64,000 nucleotides of DNA from NCBI RefSeq assembly GCF_036321535.1, contig NC_087447.1, positions 34,846,001-34,910,000 on the forward strand, in the 5' to 3' direction. Positions 13,701 through 26,219 of the stretch are shown here, piece after piece. A program made the position numbers and the translations under genes. The DNA comes from Camelus dromedarius (lineage: Eukaryota). Each line of letters starts with the position of its first letter. The first letter of the stretch is position 1. Below the pieces are notes generated by a model. The model saw only the letters and a list, made by a program, of their open reading frames with translations. It had not been told where the DNA came from and made no database searches.

Positions 13701-16700
13701 TTATTGGGCATCAAATATAGCACAGGAACTGTGCAAAAGTACTGGGGTTACAAAGATGAAAAAGACATGCTTTTGCTAAGAAGCCACTCATGATCTAATG
13801 GGAGAGACTAATAGTAAACAACTGAAGTGCAGTGTGTTAAGTGCTCTGGTGTTGGTATGGCAAACATACTATCACTGGGGTATGAGGTAAGGAAGGTGTA
13901 CATTGGAGTGCCAGAAACTATATACATGTTATTATAATTCAACAGAACCTTGAGATAAAACAAGTCATTGGGAAGACTTACTGAGTAGCTTTCACAATGT
14001 CACAGTTACTAGAGTCCTCTATGAGAGGAAGAGCTTCTCTTGCCTTAGCAAGTTCTTGGTTTTCACGTGCACAGACTCCGTGTCGGCCAAATCCTGGAGG
14101 GTGGGGGCCATGGCTGTGATTCCTGCACTGAAGAGTAAGAGTAATTTGACAAGGCACAGTAAGAAAATTAATGTTACATTCAATTACATCAGGAAGCATT
14201 TGCTACTATCAACAATATCTATGTGATTAATTTTTTTTTTCAGTCCTAGAGGTATATTCCAGGCAAGGTGTTCATCTTAATTCTGTTCACTAGGATTAGA
14301 TGCTTAATATTAGAAAATTCCAAATTATATATTTTGTCATAAATGAAGGAGACCCGTAAAGGCACCAATGGATCTTGTTACTTGTAGTAGGTGGAGGGTC
14401 TTGGCTTTTGACAGTAGGAAGATTGCCAGATCTCTGTTTCAAGGAATTGTGGTGGACACACCCCAAGGATACCATCCCCCTCACCAGTGAATCAAGTTCT
14501 TGAATGTGTATAACTGGAGTCCCAGAAGAGGAGAAGGAAATATTTTTAAATATTTGACTAAGCAATGGCCAAAAATCTTCCACATTTGGTGAAAATTATA
14601 AACCCACATCTCCGATAAGCTCAACAAACCCAAGCAGAATAAACCTCATATTTCACACTAAGGCATATCATAATCAAATCACTAAAAACCAGTGATAAAG
14701 AGAGCAGCCCAAGGAAAAAGATATATTATGTTCAAAAAAACAAAGATAAGAATGAACTCAGACTTCTTATCAGTAAGTACCAGCCGGAAGACAAAAGCAC
14801 AACAGTTTTAAAGAGCTGTAAGAAAAAACTGTAAACCTGGAAATACCAGCAAAAGTATTCTTCAAAAATTAGGGTGAAATATACACTTCTTCAGACAAAC
14901 AAAAGCTGAGAAAATTGCCAACAGACTCATGCTACAAGAAATGATAAAGGAAGTTCTTTAGGCTAAAGATAAATAATACCAGATGGAAATCTGAATCAAC
15001 ACAAAGGAACAGAGTGCCAGAACTACACGAGAAAGTATCTGTAATTACATGGGTAAACATAACAGACTTTTTCTCATTTTTTAAATTTCTTGGTAATAAT
15101 AGAGAAACAGAAGTATACTGCTGTAAGAGATGCTATAATAATATTTGCAGATAGACAGTGATAAAGTATATAATGTTAACCCAAGAGCAACCTCTAACTA
15201 AATTGAACAAAGTGGTATAAGTAATCAGCCAATAGCAGAGATAAACTACTTAAAAGACACTCAGTATTTTTTAAAAAGATAGGAAAAGTAGGGGAAAATG
15301 AACAAAGAACAGGGAAGAAAAAGAAAAACATACAAGATAATATATTTATACCTAACCATATTGATAATCACATTAAATACAAGTGGTCTAAAGGAAAACA
15401 AATGAAAGACAGAGATTGTTAGACTGGATTTTTAAAAAATGAAACAGAAAACCCCATGCCATCTATAAGAAACCCACTTTAAATATAAAAACATACATAG
15501 GTTAAAAGTAAAAAGATACGCCATGCAAAAACACTAAGCATAAGGAAATGTAGTGGCTCTGTTAATATAAAACAAAGTAGACATCAACACAAGAAATATT
15601 ACCAGAGATGAGGACAGACATTTCATAATATAAAAGAAGCCAATTCATCAAGACATAACAATCTTAAATGCGTATGCACCGAAAAGAAACTTTAAAATTC
15701 ATGAAGCAAAACTGATAGAACTGAAAAGAAAAATAGTAAGATTCACAATTATAGCTGGATATTTCAAGACTTCCTTCAGTAACTGATAGAACAAGTAAAC
15801 AGAAAACCATACAGCATAAAGAAAAGAAGAGAAATCAGAAAAGGATAGAGAAGACTTAACACTAACCACCAATTTGATCCAATTGATGTTTTCATAAAAC
15901 ACCATTCAACAATACAATATGTATTTGTTTCAAATGTACATGAAATACTCACCAATACAGATAATATACTGGGCCATAAAACAAGTCTCAACACGCTTAA
16001 ATGGGCTGAATTCATACAGAGCACGTTCTCTGACCACAATGGAATTAAATTAAAAATCAATAACCAAAGGCTATGTGGAAAATTCTCAAATATTTGGAAG
16101 CTAAACAACACATTTCTAAATAACCTATAGGTCATAGAAGAAAACAAAGAAAAATCATAAAATATTTTTAACTGAAAGAAAATGAAAACTTATCAAAATG
16201 TGTAGGATGCAGTCTAAGCATCGTTGAATGAATTTTTAGCTTTAAATGCCTACAATAGAAAAAAAGAAAAATCTAAAATAAGTGATCTAAGTTTTTGCCT
16301 TAAGAATCTAGAGAAAAAAAATTAAATCCAAAGCAGACAGAATGAAGGATATAGGAGAATCCATGAAATATTAAAAAAAATGCAGAAAAATCACTGAGAC
16401 CAAAAGCTGGTTGTTTGGAAAGAGTAAGTCAATAAAAATTGATAAATTTCTAGTCAGACTGATCAAGAAAAAAGATGTCAATGACCAACAGCAGGTTTTA
16501 AAAAGGCAACATCTTTACAAGATTCTGCAAACACTTAAAGGGTAATAAAGGACTTCTGTGAACATCTTTATGGCAATAAATTCAACAACCTAGATGAAAT
16601 GCATAAAATACCTCGAAAGACAGTTATCAAAATGGACTTAAAAAGAAATGAGTAGCACTCTATTAAAGAAATTGAGTTCATAATTTTAAAACTTTCCATT

Positions 16701-18883
16701 AAAACAAAACAACTCCAGATCCACACAACTTTTAACTGACAAACTCTATTAAAATACTCAAGGAAGAAATAATACCAGCTCCTTCAGAAGACAGAGGGGC
16801 TGCTTCCCAGCTCATTTTAGGAGGCAGCATTATCCTGATACTAAAACCAACAGACGTAACTCTAAAAACTGAAACAAAGCAAGGATGCCCACTATCAGCA
16901 CTTCCAATCAACACTGTACTGAAGCCCTACACAGAATAATAAAGAAAAATGCATACAGACTAGAAAAGAGGCAAATCCACCTTCATTTGCAGACATGATC
17001 ACATACACAGAAAATCCTAAGGAATCTTTCAAAAATTTACAACAGCATCAAAAATATAAAATGCTTAACATTTTATACTATATTCAGTATTTTTAGCTGC
17101 ATTCAAGGGGGAGGCTCACATCAAGTATCTAGCAAATCATTCTGAGAGATCAAAACTGGCTTATTATTTTACAATCCCATCTTGTTCTTTACCATAAAGT
17201 TGTTACCCAGCTTTCATCCACCTTATTCACCAGACCTGTCTCTGAATAACTTATAATTGTTTAAAAAAAATCTCAAAGGAAAAATACACATTAAGAATAG
17301 AAAATTGAAGATATTTGAAATAATGTATCTACACCAATTCTCCAGGAATTCCAAAAAAGATTTAAGAAATGATAGTTTCACAGAAATAAGTCTACAACCC
17401 CTCAGTGGGTTACACTGAAGGGGCAAATACTAATTTTTTTCTAAGTTTCCTTACAATTAAATTGACTTTGTGGTAATCTGTGAATTTCAACACATGTATA
17501 GACTCATGTAACCACTACCACAATCAAGATACAGAACAGTTCCAACTCCTCTGAAAACTTCCTTGGGATATTCCTTTTTAGTCATGCCCTCCCCTTACCT
17601 CAACTCCTGGTAAGCACTGATAATGCTCTCCATCACTAGTTTTTTCTTTCCGAGAAAGCTACATAATGGAATTAGACAAAATATAATCTTCCACGACTAG
17701 CTTCTTTCACTCAGCATAATGCTTCTGAGACTCATCCAAGTTGCTGCATATTATTAATAGTTAACTCTTCCTCACTATATAGTATTCCATAATATGAATG
17801 TATCACCGTTTATCCATTCAAACAACCCATGTGGGTTTTTTTTCCAGCTTTTGGCAATTATAAATGGAGCTGCTATAAACATTCACTCTGTGTGAACATA
17901 TGTTTCCGCTTCTCTAAGAGTGAGACTGTTTGGCCATCTGGTAAGTAGATGTTAAATTTATAAGAAACTGCCAAACTATTTTCCAGAGTGGCTGTACCAC
18001 TTTGCATTACCACTAGTAACATATGACAGTTCCAACTGCTCTGTATCCTCTCTGGCACTTGATATGGTCAGTGTAATAGATGTGTTGTAGTATCTCATCA
18101 TGGTCTCAATTTGCATATCCCTAATGGCTAACAGGGCTGAGTATCTTTTCAACTGCTTGTCATCTGTAGGTCTTCTTTGGTGAATTGGCTTTATACCCAC
18201 TTTTTAATTGGGTTGTTTTCTTACTGTTAAGTTTTGAGTTCCTTATATCATATATGCTAGACATAAATCTTTTGTCAGACACGTTATTTGTAAATAATTT
18301 CTCCCAGTCTGTAGCTTATCTTCCCACTTCTTAAGTCTCCTCCATAGAGCAAAATTTTTTTAATTTTGATGAAGTATAATGTATCAATTTTTTTTCTTTT
18401 ATGGATCATGCTTTGGGTGTCACTTCTAAGAACAGCTGTCACGGGATCACAACTCCTCTGTCCAGAGAGGAAGTTCTCCTCCCTCAGAGTTTCAGGTGCT
18501 TGTGCTGCCAGAAGACCCCTTTCCTGCTCCACAAACCTAAACTAGAGGGCTTCTCGAGAAGTGCTCTCTGTCTGCACGGCTCAAGTCCAGGGAGGGGAAA
18601 GGAGGGGGGAGTCCCAGATGGAAAAAAAAGGTAAATTAGCTCCTGGTTCAGTAGTTTTTTTCAGTTCTGGTCCTCTCCCCCACTCTACCTGCTGCAACTT
18701 ACATTTGAGAATCCTTATATAGACACTACCTGTATTCTACCCAGAGCATTCAGTGGGATCGACAGGGTGGAGTGTGCTTTACTCCAGTTTACTCATAGCC
18801 AGAACCACAAATGCTTTTTTTTTGAATAGGTTAGTTCTGATTTATTTGATAAATTCAACCTCACTTCATGACATTCTTATTTT

Positions 18884-18920
<37 letters not shown>

Positions 18921-21900
18921 AACAGCTAAAAATATACATATAGGTAGTTAGATTAAAATATAAGAATATTACTTTAGGATTCTTTCCACCATATCACAAT
19001 AACTACAATTACATCCAACTGGAAGGCAGGGGTCAAGGAAAGAGCTGAACCATACTAACAATTTCTAGAGTGTCAATAAATAGCAGATGTTGCTAAAATT
19101 GAGCAATCAGTCTACTTTTTATATAAACTTACTTTTCTAAATTATAAAATGATTCATATCCATTTTAAAGCTCTAGCAATACAAAAGTGAATGAAGAGTT
19201 GATAATCAGGATTCTTTCCCTTCCAATCTTGCACCAGCAGAGATACTATTAACAGTTTGGTGTATCCTTCCTCATTAAGTGTATACACTTTCAACATATA
19301 TAACATTATACCTTATACAAAGGTTTTTATCATTTTCTTCTTCTATTTATTTAACAAAACAATGGGGTCCAATTATATAATTATTCACCAAGTCCTTTGT
19401 CTCACCTAACAATACACCATGTACAGCCCCGCAGGTCAGTAACAAGTAACAGTTGAATGTTATTCATTGTATAGATCTAGCATAATTTATTCAACCATTT
19501 CCCTGCTGTTAGACATGTAGGATGATTTCAGCATTCACTTCTATTAATAGCCCTATAATTAGCATCCTGTACATTCTAGAGGATTGATTCCCCAATGCAG
19601 GACTGCTAAGTAAAAAAATATATGTATTTGAAACATAAACAGATATTGACCAGATACCTTCCCTAATTCACACCCCCAACAGCAAGTATTTAAGTGTTCA
19701 TTTTCCCTACAAACCTCCCCATAACTGAATACTATCAACTTTTAACAATCTTGCCAATCTGATGGCTAAAAAATGGCATCTTGTTTTTCATTTCCATCCC
19801 CTAGTTGCCAATGATCCAAGTTTGTTTGTTGTTCATTGGCTCTCGTGCTTTCTCTTTTGTGGACTGCCTTTTCAGTCTACTATTTTTCTAGTGGATTGTG
19901 TATCTTTTTCCATTTATATGTTAGGAAGACTAAGCCTTTGTTTATATATAGATTTTTTTCATTACAAAAAAATGTGCTGAATTATACAGATAAAAATTGT
20001 TGCTTCTCATTATGCCTTAAGGATATCAGCTTCACTTCTCATACAGAAAATTGAGGAGGATTACACATTTTAATGTAAAGAATATCCACAATTAAAAGCA
20101 TTGATATATTTAGCAATTAATTACTGTGTATTTATGATGTACAAAATATTATGCTAGAAACACAGAAGACATGGTGTACATCCTACAGGGGTTTAAGTCT
20201 AGTGAGGCAGATAAGTCAGAGACAAAGAGAGTGAAGTGATAATGGAAGCAATACATGATTAAATGGCAAAATAGGTGGCAAAGATGAGAGAACAGAAGGT
20301 ACTTTCTATTCATGTCATCATTTTTTGCCTAAATCCAGATCAAAGTAAAACCTAAAAATGATTATATAAACTCAAAGCCTGTTTTCAAAGTCAATGGTCT
20401 CCAAAGTGAGGCAAGTGCACTCAAGGACATATATAGTGACCTATTAGGTAATAGAAGAACGTATTAAAGCTGCTATGATAATGACTTTTACTTAAAAAAA
20501 GGGGGGGGGGGACCACAAAAATGTATAAATTTGGCTTCTTTAAGCTTTACTAACTTTTAGCACTGGCAGCCTCATTTGATCTATATATCAAGCAGGTCAC
20601 TCCTTATGGTCCATTTAGAAGGTAACTTGGGGGCAGGGCAAAAAGTCCACAACCCAGAGGAGATACAGTGGGCCCTTCAGAATACTGCAGTATACATCAG
20701 GCTAAGGAATTTTCAAGGTATATTATCTAATTTTAATTAAGTTACCCCTCCCAAAATGAGCAAGTGGCTTAAACTGAGTACTACAAAGAAGCCATGAATT
20801 GAAATAGTAACAAGAGTATAAGTACAAGCAGACAAGAAGATGGCAGAGCTGACACTTCTAGTCATAGCAGGTGCTCTTCACTGGCCACATGAAGTAAAAA
20901 CAAAGACAATGTAATGTGACCTAATAGAAAGACAGCCTCCCTCTAAAAAAAATTCCCAAGTATCAAAAAGGCTGATTTGAAGCAGACATATTTACTACCT
21001 TTAATCCAGAATCTTACCATGAGTATACAGCAAACAATTCACTACCGAATACAATTTAGAAACATCCTGTCAAATCTTACAATAACATGCCCATGACAAC
21101 ATGAATTTGGAAAATGGCTCCTTGCTCCAGTCCCTAGGTACATAAAACAGAGGGGGCCTGAACTTTTTACATCCCAGCCAGTCATGTGACACAGAATCAT
21201 CCCCATCAATACGTAAGTTAGAGTGATCAAGAGCCAACAAGGGATGACAAACTGCAGTCAGTACCCGGATGATCTGAACTGTGCAGCTGGAGGCCTGAGC
21301 TCCCAGCTGGCTCACAGTGCAGGCATCACTCATCACTCATCATTCCCTTAACCTCCCAATACATGACTTTAACAAAAGTGAAAATTATAAGTCCTACTTT
21401 TCACATTAGGTGGGGCTTTACTCTAAGGGTGCAAGCTCAGAACTGCCTTACTGATAAGGATCCACGATCAAAAAGGCTTAGGGACCACAGCTCTAAGCTA
21501 TGTCCTTTGCCCTAGATTTCACTCCCCTCCCAAAAGCCTGCTGCAAGAGCTACAGGGGAGAAAGGAGACAACCTCCTTTGGGGGCGGTCACATTAAGATG
21601 TCTAAGGAAAACAACCATACATTCCCATCACAAAGATTAAAGCAAAGTCTGTCATAATACACTCTTCTTAGAAATTACTCTCTGGTTATCAAAAATATAT
21701 ATATGCTTTTCTAAGTTTTCTCTAGCTGTTTCATTTTTACCATGCTAAAAGGTAAACTCCTTGAGAACAAGGCCAAGTCTCAGATTTCAGGTTGGTTGTA
21801 CATAATCGCCTACCCTATTTTGGGCTTCAGTTTCTACATTTGTAAAATGAAAGGAGCAGGTCAACACAGCTATTAAGGTCTTTCCAACTCCCTGTTGTAT

Positions 21901-24900
21901 GGTTCTAAGAGGAGCTGTTACAGTAGTCCCTTTATTGACACGAACACTGGTAAAGATGTCACTGCATAAACACATACCCTTCATGGCAATGAAAGTAAAA
22001 CTGCTACCAAACTGCCTACAATGTTAAGATAACAGAATAGACCAAGCAAATTTTCATGACACCAACAAACTCATAAGAGTTTTCATTAATCATTCATTCA
22101 GGGAAATGTAAAAAACACCTACTAAAACAGCTACTATGTACCAATCAGGGTACTAGGTAATCTGGGATAAAAGATGAATAAGATAAAATTCCTGCCACAA
22201 TCCATTCATTCATTCATCAGCTATTTACTGAAATGCCTACTACATGTCAGGCACTGTTCTAGATACCTTGATATGGCAGTCAACACAACAGACACGATCA
22301 AAAAAAAAAAAAAAAAAGGAGGGGGAACAGCTTAAATGTCCATCAACAGATGACTGGATAAAGAAGATATGGTATATTTATACAATGGCATACTACGCAG
22401 CCATAAAAACCAACAACATAACGCCATTTGCAGCAACATGGATGTTCCTGGAGAATGTCATTCTAAGTGAAGTAAGCCAGAAAGAGAAAGAAAAATACCA
22501 TATGAGATCGCTTATATGCGGAATCTTAAAAAAAAAACCCATAAATACAAAACAGAAACAGACTCATTGACACAGAATACAAACTTGTGGTTGCCAGGGG
22601 GATGGGGGGTGGGAAGGGACAGACTGGGATTTCAAAATGTAGAATAGATAAACAAGATTGTACTGTGTAGCACAGGGAAATATATACAGGATCTTGTGGT
22701 GGCTCACAGCTAAAGAGAATGTGACAATGAATGTATGTATGTTCATGTATAATTGAAAAATTGTGCTCTACACTGGAATTTGACACAACATTGTAAAATG
22801 ATTATAATTCAATTAAAAAAATGTTTACAAACAAATAAATAATTAATTTTTTTTAAAAAAGGAGGGGGGTCAAGAATACCAAAATAGACTTGTAGCTAAC
22901 TGAATACTCTCCTCCACAGGGAGACAAAAAAAGCAGAACATTGTAAAAATTATATATGAGAGCTACGGATACATCCATGGTGATTTTTACAACAAAGCCC
23001 CCAAGTTCTTTGATACTTCTCCATCAAGAGGAGAAAGTCTATATCCCTTCCTCTCAAATCTGAGTTCTGTGACTGCTTCAGTAATAAAACACTGCAGAAG
23101 TGATGCTCTGCCAGTTTGCAGACTCAGCACTTAATAAGTAGCAGCTTCCACTTTCTATCTTTTGAAATGCTCATTCGTGGAACTCAGCCGCCATGCTGTC
23201 CAGATGCCCAGGCCACATGCAAGTGTCCCTGCTAAAAAGTCAGCATCAACTGCCGGACATGTCAGTGAGGATACCACCAGATGACACCAGCCCCAGCTAT
23301 CAAGTCATCCCAGATGGTGAGTCTTTCTAGCAGAGGCTCCTGGAGATGTGGCAGAGTAGAAACAAAGCATCCCTGCTTTGCCCTGTCCAAAATCCTGACA
23401 CACAGTCCATGAGCATGACAATGGCTGGTTTACACCACTATGATTTGGGATGGTTTGTTACACAGCAATAGATGACTGGAAAATAGTTAAGATATAAGAG
23501 ATCATATATTTCTCACATGGAAATATAGAGAATCAAATTATTTTTCTAAGTAGTAAATAAGTAGTGTTAAAGTATATTGAGTTAAGCAAAAACCAAGATC
23601 TAGAAAACCATACTTAAACACTGATGAGGGTCAAAATCCTGACAGATTATCAAATTAAACAAAGAGAGAAACAGAGGTCTGACAGCCATTAAGATTTCTC
23701 ATTGCATTAGCAGAAGTACTAGAGTTAAGTACCCATCAGACAATTATTTACATAGTTTGTTAATGGTATTAAATGCTGAGAAGAAATATAAAGCAAGGAA
23801 GGAGACTAGGGAATGTTGCTGGTCACAGTGATGATGGGAAGGGAGGGCTTGCCACATTGAGGTGACATTTGTGTCAAGACCTTACAAAGGCTGGGTAAAT
23901 AAGCCATGCCGGTATATAAGAAAAGAGTGCTGCAGACAGAGCGAATAGTAAGTACAAAGGCCATGGGGCCAGTGTGGCCATGGTTTACTGACCAAACAAG
24001 AAAGTAGTAAAAAATGAGCTCAGAGAGGAAACTGGGGACCAGAGAGTATGGGCAGATTCTGGCAAAAACCTATCAGCACTAAAGCTGGAATCAGGAAACC
24101 AGATTCAATCAGAGCAGGAATGTTTTTGTCTGTTTTGTTCTCTGATTTATCGTCAGCACCTGTAACAGTGCCTAACATCTGGTAGAGCAAATGAAGTCTT
24201 GCTCTGTCACTTAGCAGCTATTTGACTTTTAACAAATGACTCCGATTTTTTCAGCCTCAATTCTAATCTCTCAAACTGGAGTAATAATCCCTCTCCACCT
24301 CACAGCGTTTCAGTGAGGATCAAGAAGATGGAAGTATTCTGCAAACTGTAGTGCACTGTAAACAGGTAAGATCTTCATTATTGAAAAAGTTAATAGCAAT
24401 TATTGTTAACAACAATGATCTCTCTACCTTGCCCCATTAATTTCAACCTCTGAATCATTCTCTCCCTCCATCTGTCAGGGAATTTAGGCAGGGCAATCTT
24501 CCCTTCAGCATGAGGGAGTGAACTTTAAGCACTTGAAGGCTTCTGTAAATGAATGGCAGTAATTAAGATAGGATAATTACTCCTACCAAATTTTCCTTGA
24601 AACTCTCTGAAAGGAAAAAAAAGACAGTTTCCCTTTGAAGATTCTACACCCTTTTATAATATCCAGTCTGCTTGCAAACCTTTTTTATTGTATCAAAATC
24701 CAAGAACACCTGACAACTTCCCCATCTCTCTTGTTTCTCACTTAAACTTACATCAGACTGTTGAAAGAACGAAGGGAAAGGGGGAGTGTGAGGAATGCTC
24801 TCAAGATTGGAAAGGTGTTTTTTAGAGGCCAACTAATCCAATCATCTCAAATTGCTTGAATTCCACTAGGGACAGAAAATCTACTACCTAACTCACTCCA

Positions 24901-25824
24901 ACTGGAGACAGCTTCAGTTTTCTCATCTGTAAATGGAGATAATATCGTCCTCTTAAGGATGCTTCAATTCTGGAATCAAATAATGCATATAAAAGCATCT
25001 GGCATAGGCTAAGCACTTATTAAATGTTGGCTGAATCTGAATATTCACGTATTTAACAAATATTAAGTGAACTTCTATAATATGCCAGTCAGCACCATAA
25101 GCAAAAAGGACAAAAACCTTGTTCTATTGGAGCTAACATGTACATCAGATAACTTCCCCTATTGGTCCTCTCTGTTTCCTCGAACTGCATCTGGTTTCTA
25201 TTAAGACCTCCTACGCAGAATAGAGTCCCTTGGGATTTTGCAGATAAAGATCACATGCTCCCCTTTTCAGCCCCTTTTCTCCAGCCTAAACAAACTGCCT
25301 CAAATCTTTCGAGTAAGCACGGATGTGAGAACAAGAGCTGAAACAGGGCTAGGTGGGGCGAAGGCGGGTTCCAGGCGCCACGGCAGAAAAAGAAACCAAC
25401 ATAATCTCACAGACTCCAGGCCAAGGTCAAGGCGGGCTGGTCCAACTCAGGTGTGTCACCTAACACCTCTTCCAGGAACGGCCACGCTCCCCTCCCAGGC
25501 CCCACAGCGGTCCCTGCCGCGCAAGGCGGGTACCGGCCCCAAGGGGGACCCCGGCCCGCGGGTGGAGCCTAGAGGGCCGGTATGGCACTTACCAGTGTGC
25601 CCTCTCCTTTTCTTCCCGGTCGTCTCGGAGAGAATTCCCTGCAGCATTCTCGGTTTGCAGGCTTACCCCGCCCTAGACCCGGCCCCTCCGCCTCCGGAGG
25701 CCCCTCTGGGAGCTACCTCACCTCCACGCCCTCCCTCTCCTCACAGTCGCTGCCGCCCCCTAGGTCCCCGGGACAGCCAGCGCCCGGCCGCACTCACCTG
25801 GGAGCCCAGTCCTGGACCCTCCAT
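1664..25824 (-). CDS. ZDHHC13: ZDHHC13 (HIP14L) palmitoyltransferase, partial: exons 1-9, complement(join(1664..1797,4904..5029,5349..5511,6886..6950,8318..8462,9812..9889,10857..10979,13982..14127,25798..25824)); gene continues off the left edge
   Basis: The spliced translation [32 protein letters not shown]...ankyrin repeats ([30 protein letters not shown])...[18 protein letters not shown]...FLTSLFP matches ZDHHC13 as I recall it. All introns are GT-AG and exon phases are compatible (27+146+123+78+145+65+163+126+134 = 1007 nt). Confidence 0.98.
3100..3960 (-). mobile_element. L2 fragment in intron 8
   Basis: cattcaacaaatatt...aggcactgctctagg and purine-rich L2 body. Similar L2 pieces at ~270-900, 2250-2650 and 11690-12230. 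Confidence 0.7.
4061..4153 (+). mobile_element. tRNA-derived SINE (camelid Vic-1-like)
   Basis: gtatagcttagcagtacagtgcatgcttagcatgcacaaggtcctgggctcaat... (A/B boxes), A-rich tail, exact TSD agaatcattc at 4051-4060 and 4154-4163. Confidence 0.85.
4904..5029 (-). CDS. ZDHHC13: ZDHHC13 exon 8 (126 nt; [42 protein letters not shown])
   Basis: T14-AG|GGA acceptor, GAG|GTACTT donor; overlaps ORF 4769..5011. Confidence 0.97.
5053..5128 (-). mobile_element. L1 3' UTR fragment next to the exon 8 acceptor (sense to ZDHHC13)
   Basis: caatgttgtgtcaatttctggtgtacagcata...catgaacatacatatatt aligns by eye with the L1 copies at ~45502 and ~57228. Confidence 0.8.
5349..5511 (-). CDS. ZDHHC13: ZDHHC13 exon 7 (163 nt; [54 protein letters not shown])
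   Basis: gacag|G acceptor, AAG|GTATGA donor; ankyrin motif. Confidence 0.97.
6886..6950 (-). CDS. ZDHHC13: ZDHHC13 exon 6 (65 nt; [22 protein letters not shown])
   Basis: gaacag|AGT acceptor, GG|GTAAGT donor. Confidence 0.96.
8318..8462 (-). CDS. ZDHHC13: ZDHHC13 exon 5 (145 nt; [48 protein letters not shown])
   Basis: tttacag|A acceptor, CAG|GTGTGT donor; overlaps ORF 8255..8479. Confidence 0.97.
9085..9225 (+). mobile_element. Short L1 3'-terminal insertion in intron 4
   Basis: tatgactgaaacattatg...ccagaaattgacacaatgttgtaaactgactatgcttcaatt followed by an A-rich tail. Confidence 0.8.
9545..9735. mobile_element. MER3-like hAT-Charlie MITE
   Basis: ctagccatatgtagctatttaaatt...cacatgtggctagtggctaccatat...cagaaaattctattgga. 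Confidence 0.75.
9812..9889 (-). CDS. ZDHHC13: ZDHHC13 exon 4 (78 nt; [26 protein letters not shown])
   Basis: aacag|G acceptor, AG|GTAAAG donor; TPLH ankyrin motif. Confidence 0.97.
10857..10979 (-). CDS. ZDHHC13: ZDHHC13 exon 3 (123 nt; [41 protein letters not shown])
   Basis: ttgag|A TAT acceptor, AA|GTAAGA donor; ankyrin motif. Confidence 0.97.
13982..14127 (-). CDS. ZDHHC13: ZDHHC13 exon 2 (146 nt; CRNHSHG...DIVKATQ)
   Basis: cttcag|TGC acceptor, CA|GTAAGT donor; overlaps ORF 13978..14199. Confidence 0.97.
14510..17060 (+). mobile_element. Degraded old L1 (ORF1 end, ORF2 endonuclease/RT remnants), antisense in ZDHHC13 intron 1
   Basis: Broken remnants read [31 protein letters not shown] (L1 endonuclease), with many frameshifts and deletions. 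Boundaries approximate. Confidence 0.85.
17460..18430 (-). mobile_element. Old L1M 3' region
   Basis: tttcactcagcataatg...agaaactgccaaactattttccagagtggctgtacca...atggatcatgctttgggtgtc, typical of reversed L1 ORF2 end/3' UTR. Confidence 0.8.
18886..18915. repeat. (AC)15 microsatellite in intron 1
   Basis: Perfect dinucleotide run. Confidence 0.95.
20392..21490. mobile_element. hAT-Charlie-like DNA transposon relic (~1.1 kb), probably with a nested LTR piece
   Basis: Terminal inverted repeats caatggtctccaaa / ttagggaccacag; degenerate 8-bp flanks ttcaaagt / ctctaagc. Confidence 0.5.
22326..22854 (+). mobile_element. Young 5'-truncated L1 (ORF2 C-terminus + 3' UTR), antisense to ZDHHC13 in intron 1
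   Basis: Translation [27 protein letters not shown]...[18 protein letters not shown] (L1 ORF2 C-terminus); TSD aaaaaaggaggggg at 22312-22325 and 22855-22868. Confidence 0.92.
22970..23482. mobile_element. MLT1-type LTR
   Basis: ...gcagaagtgatgctctgccagtt...tttgttacacagcaatagatgactgga, a MaLR-like end. Confidence 0.7.
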
Positions 25825-26180
25825 CTCCCCAGTGGTAGCGGCGACTCGGCAGAGTGGCTGCCGCTGTCCGCCGGCCAGCCCGCCTCACGCCGCCTCTATT
25901 CCCACTTCCTGCTCGCGGCCCCGCCTCCGCCGCGGCCCCGGCTTGCGCCCTGCGCCGTCAATCGGCCTCGGGAGAGCCAATCCCTGACCTGTCCTCGGCT
26001 GGGGGCAGGACTTTCACGCGGCTGAGGAGGCTAGTGGGGAACCGCAAGTCGGAGGCCCCGCCTCCGGCCCGCCCCCGCCGGACGCTAAGACTGCTCGCCC
26101 AAGTAGGTGTCCACCTGTCCTGCGTGCCTCGTCCTAACGCTCGTACAGGTCCAGAATTAGGCTGTTATTCCAACGTCAAC
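25350..26180. promoter_or_regulatory. CpG island / TATA-less ZDHHC13 promoter and 5' UTR
   Basis: Very GC- and CpG-dense stretch covering exon 1. ETS motif CAGGAAGTG (minus, 25903-25911), GC boxes ccccgcctcc (25919-25928, 26056-26065), CCAAT 25977-25981. No upstream ATG on the minus strand in ~150 nt before the start codon. Confidence 0.9.
25798..25824 (-). CDS. ZDHHC13: ZDHHC13 exon 1 coding part (MEGPGLGSQ)
   Basis: Minus strand GGGGAG-ATG-G (strong Kozak) ...TCC CAG|GTGAGT donor, inside the CpG island. Confidence 0.96.
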
Positions 26181-26219
26181 CACCCTCTACTGACAGCAAT
26201 CCGGACTTGGCTGCTTAAT

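Noticed and set aside
25238..25987. 249-aa plus-strand ORF (plus 147- and 123-aa ORFs) antisense to exon 1
   Set aside because: Non-ATG start for the longest, Pro/Arg/Ala-rich low complexity, and the expected stop-codon depletion of a CpG island; no recognisable domain.
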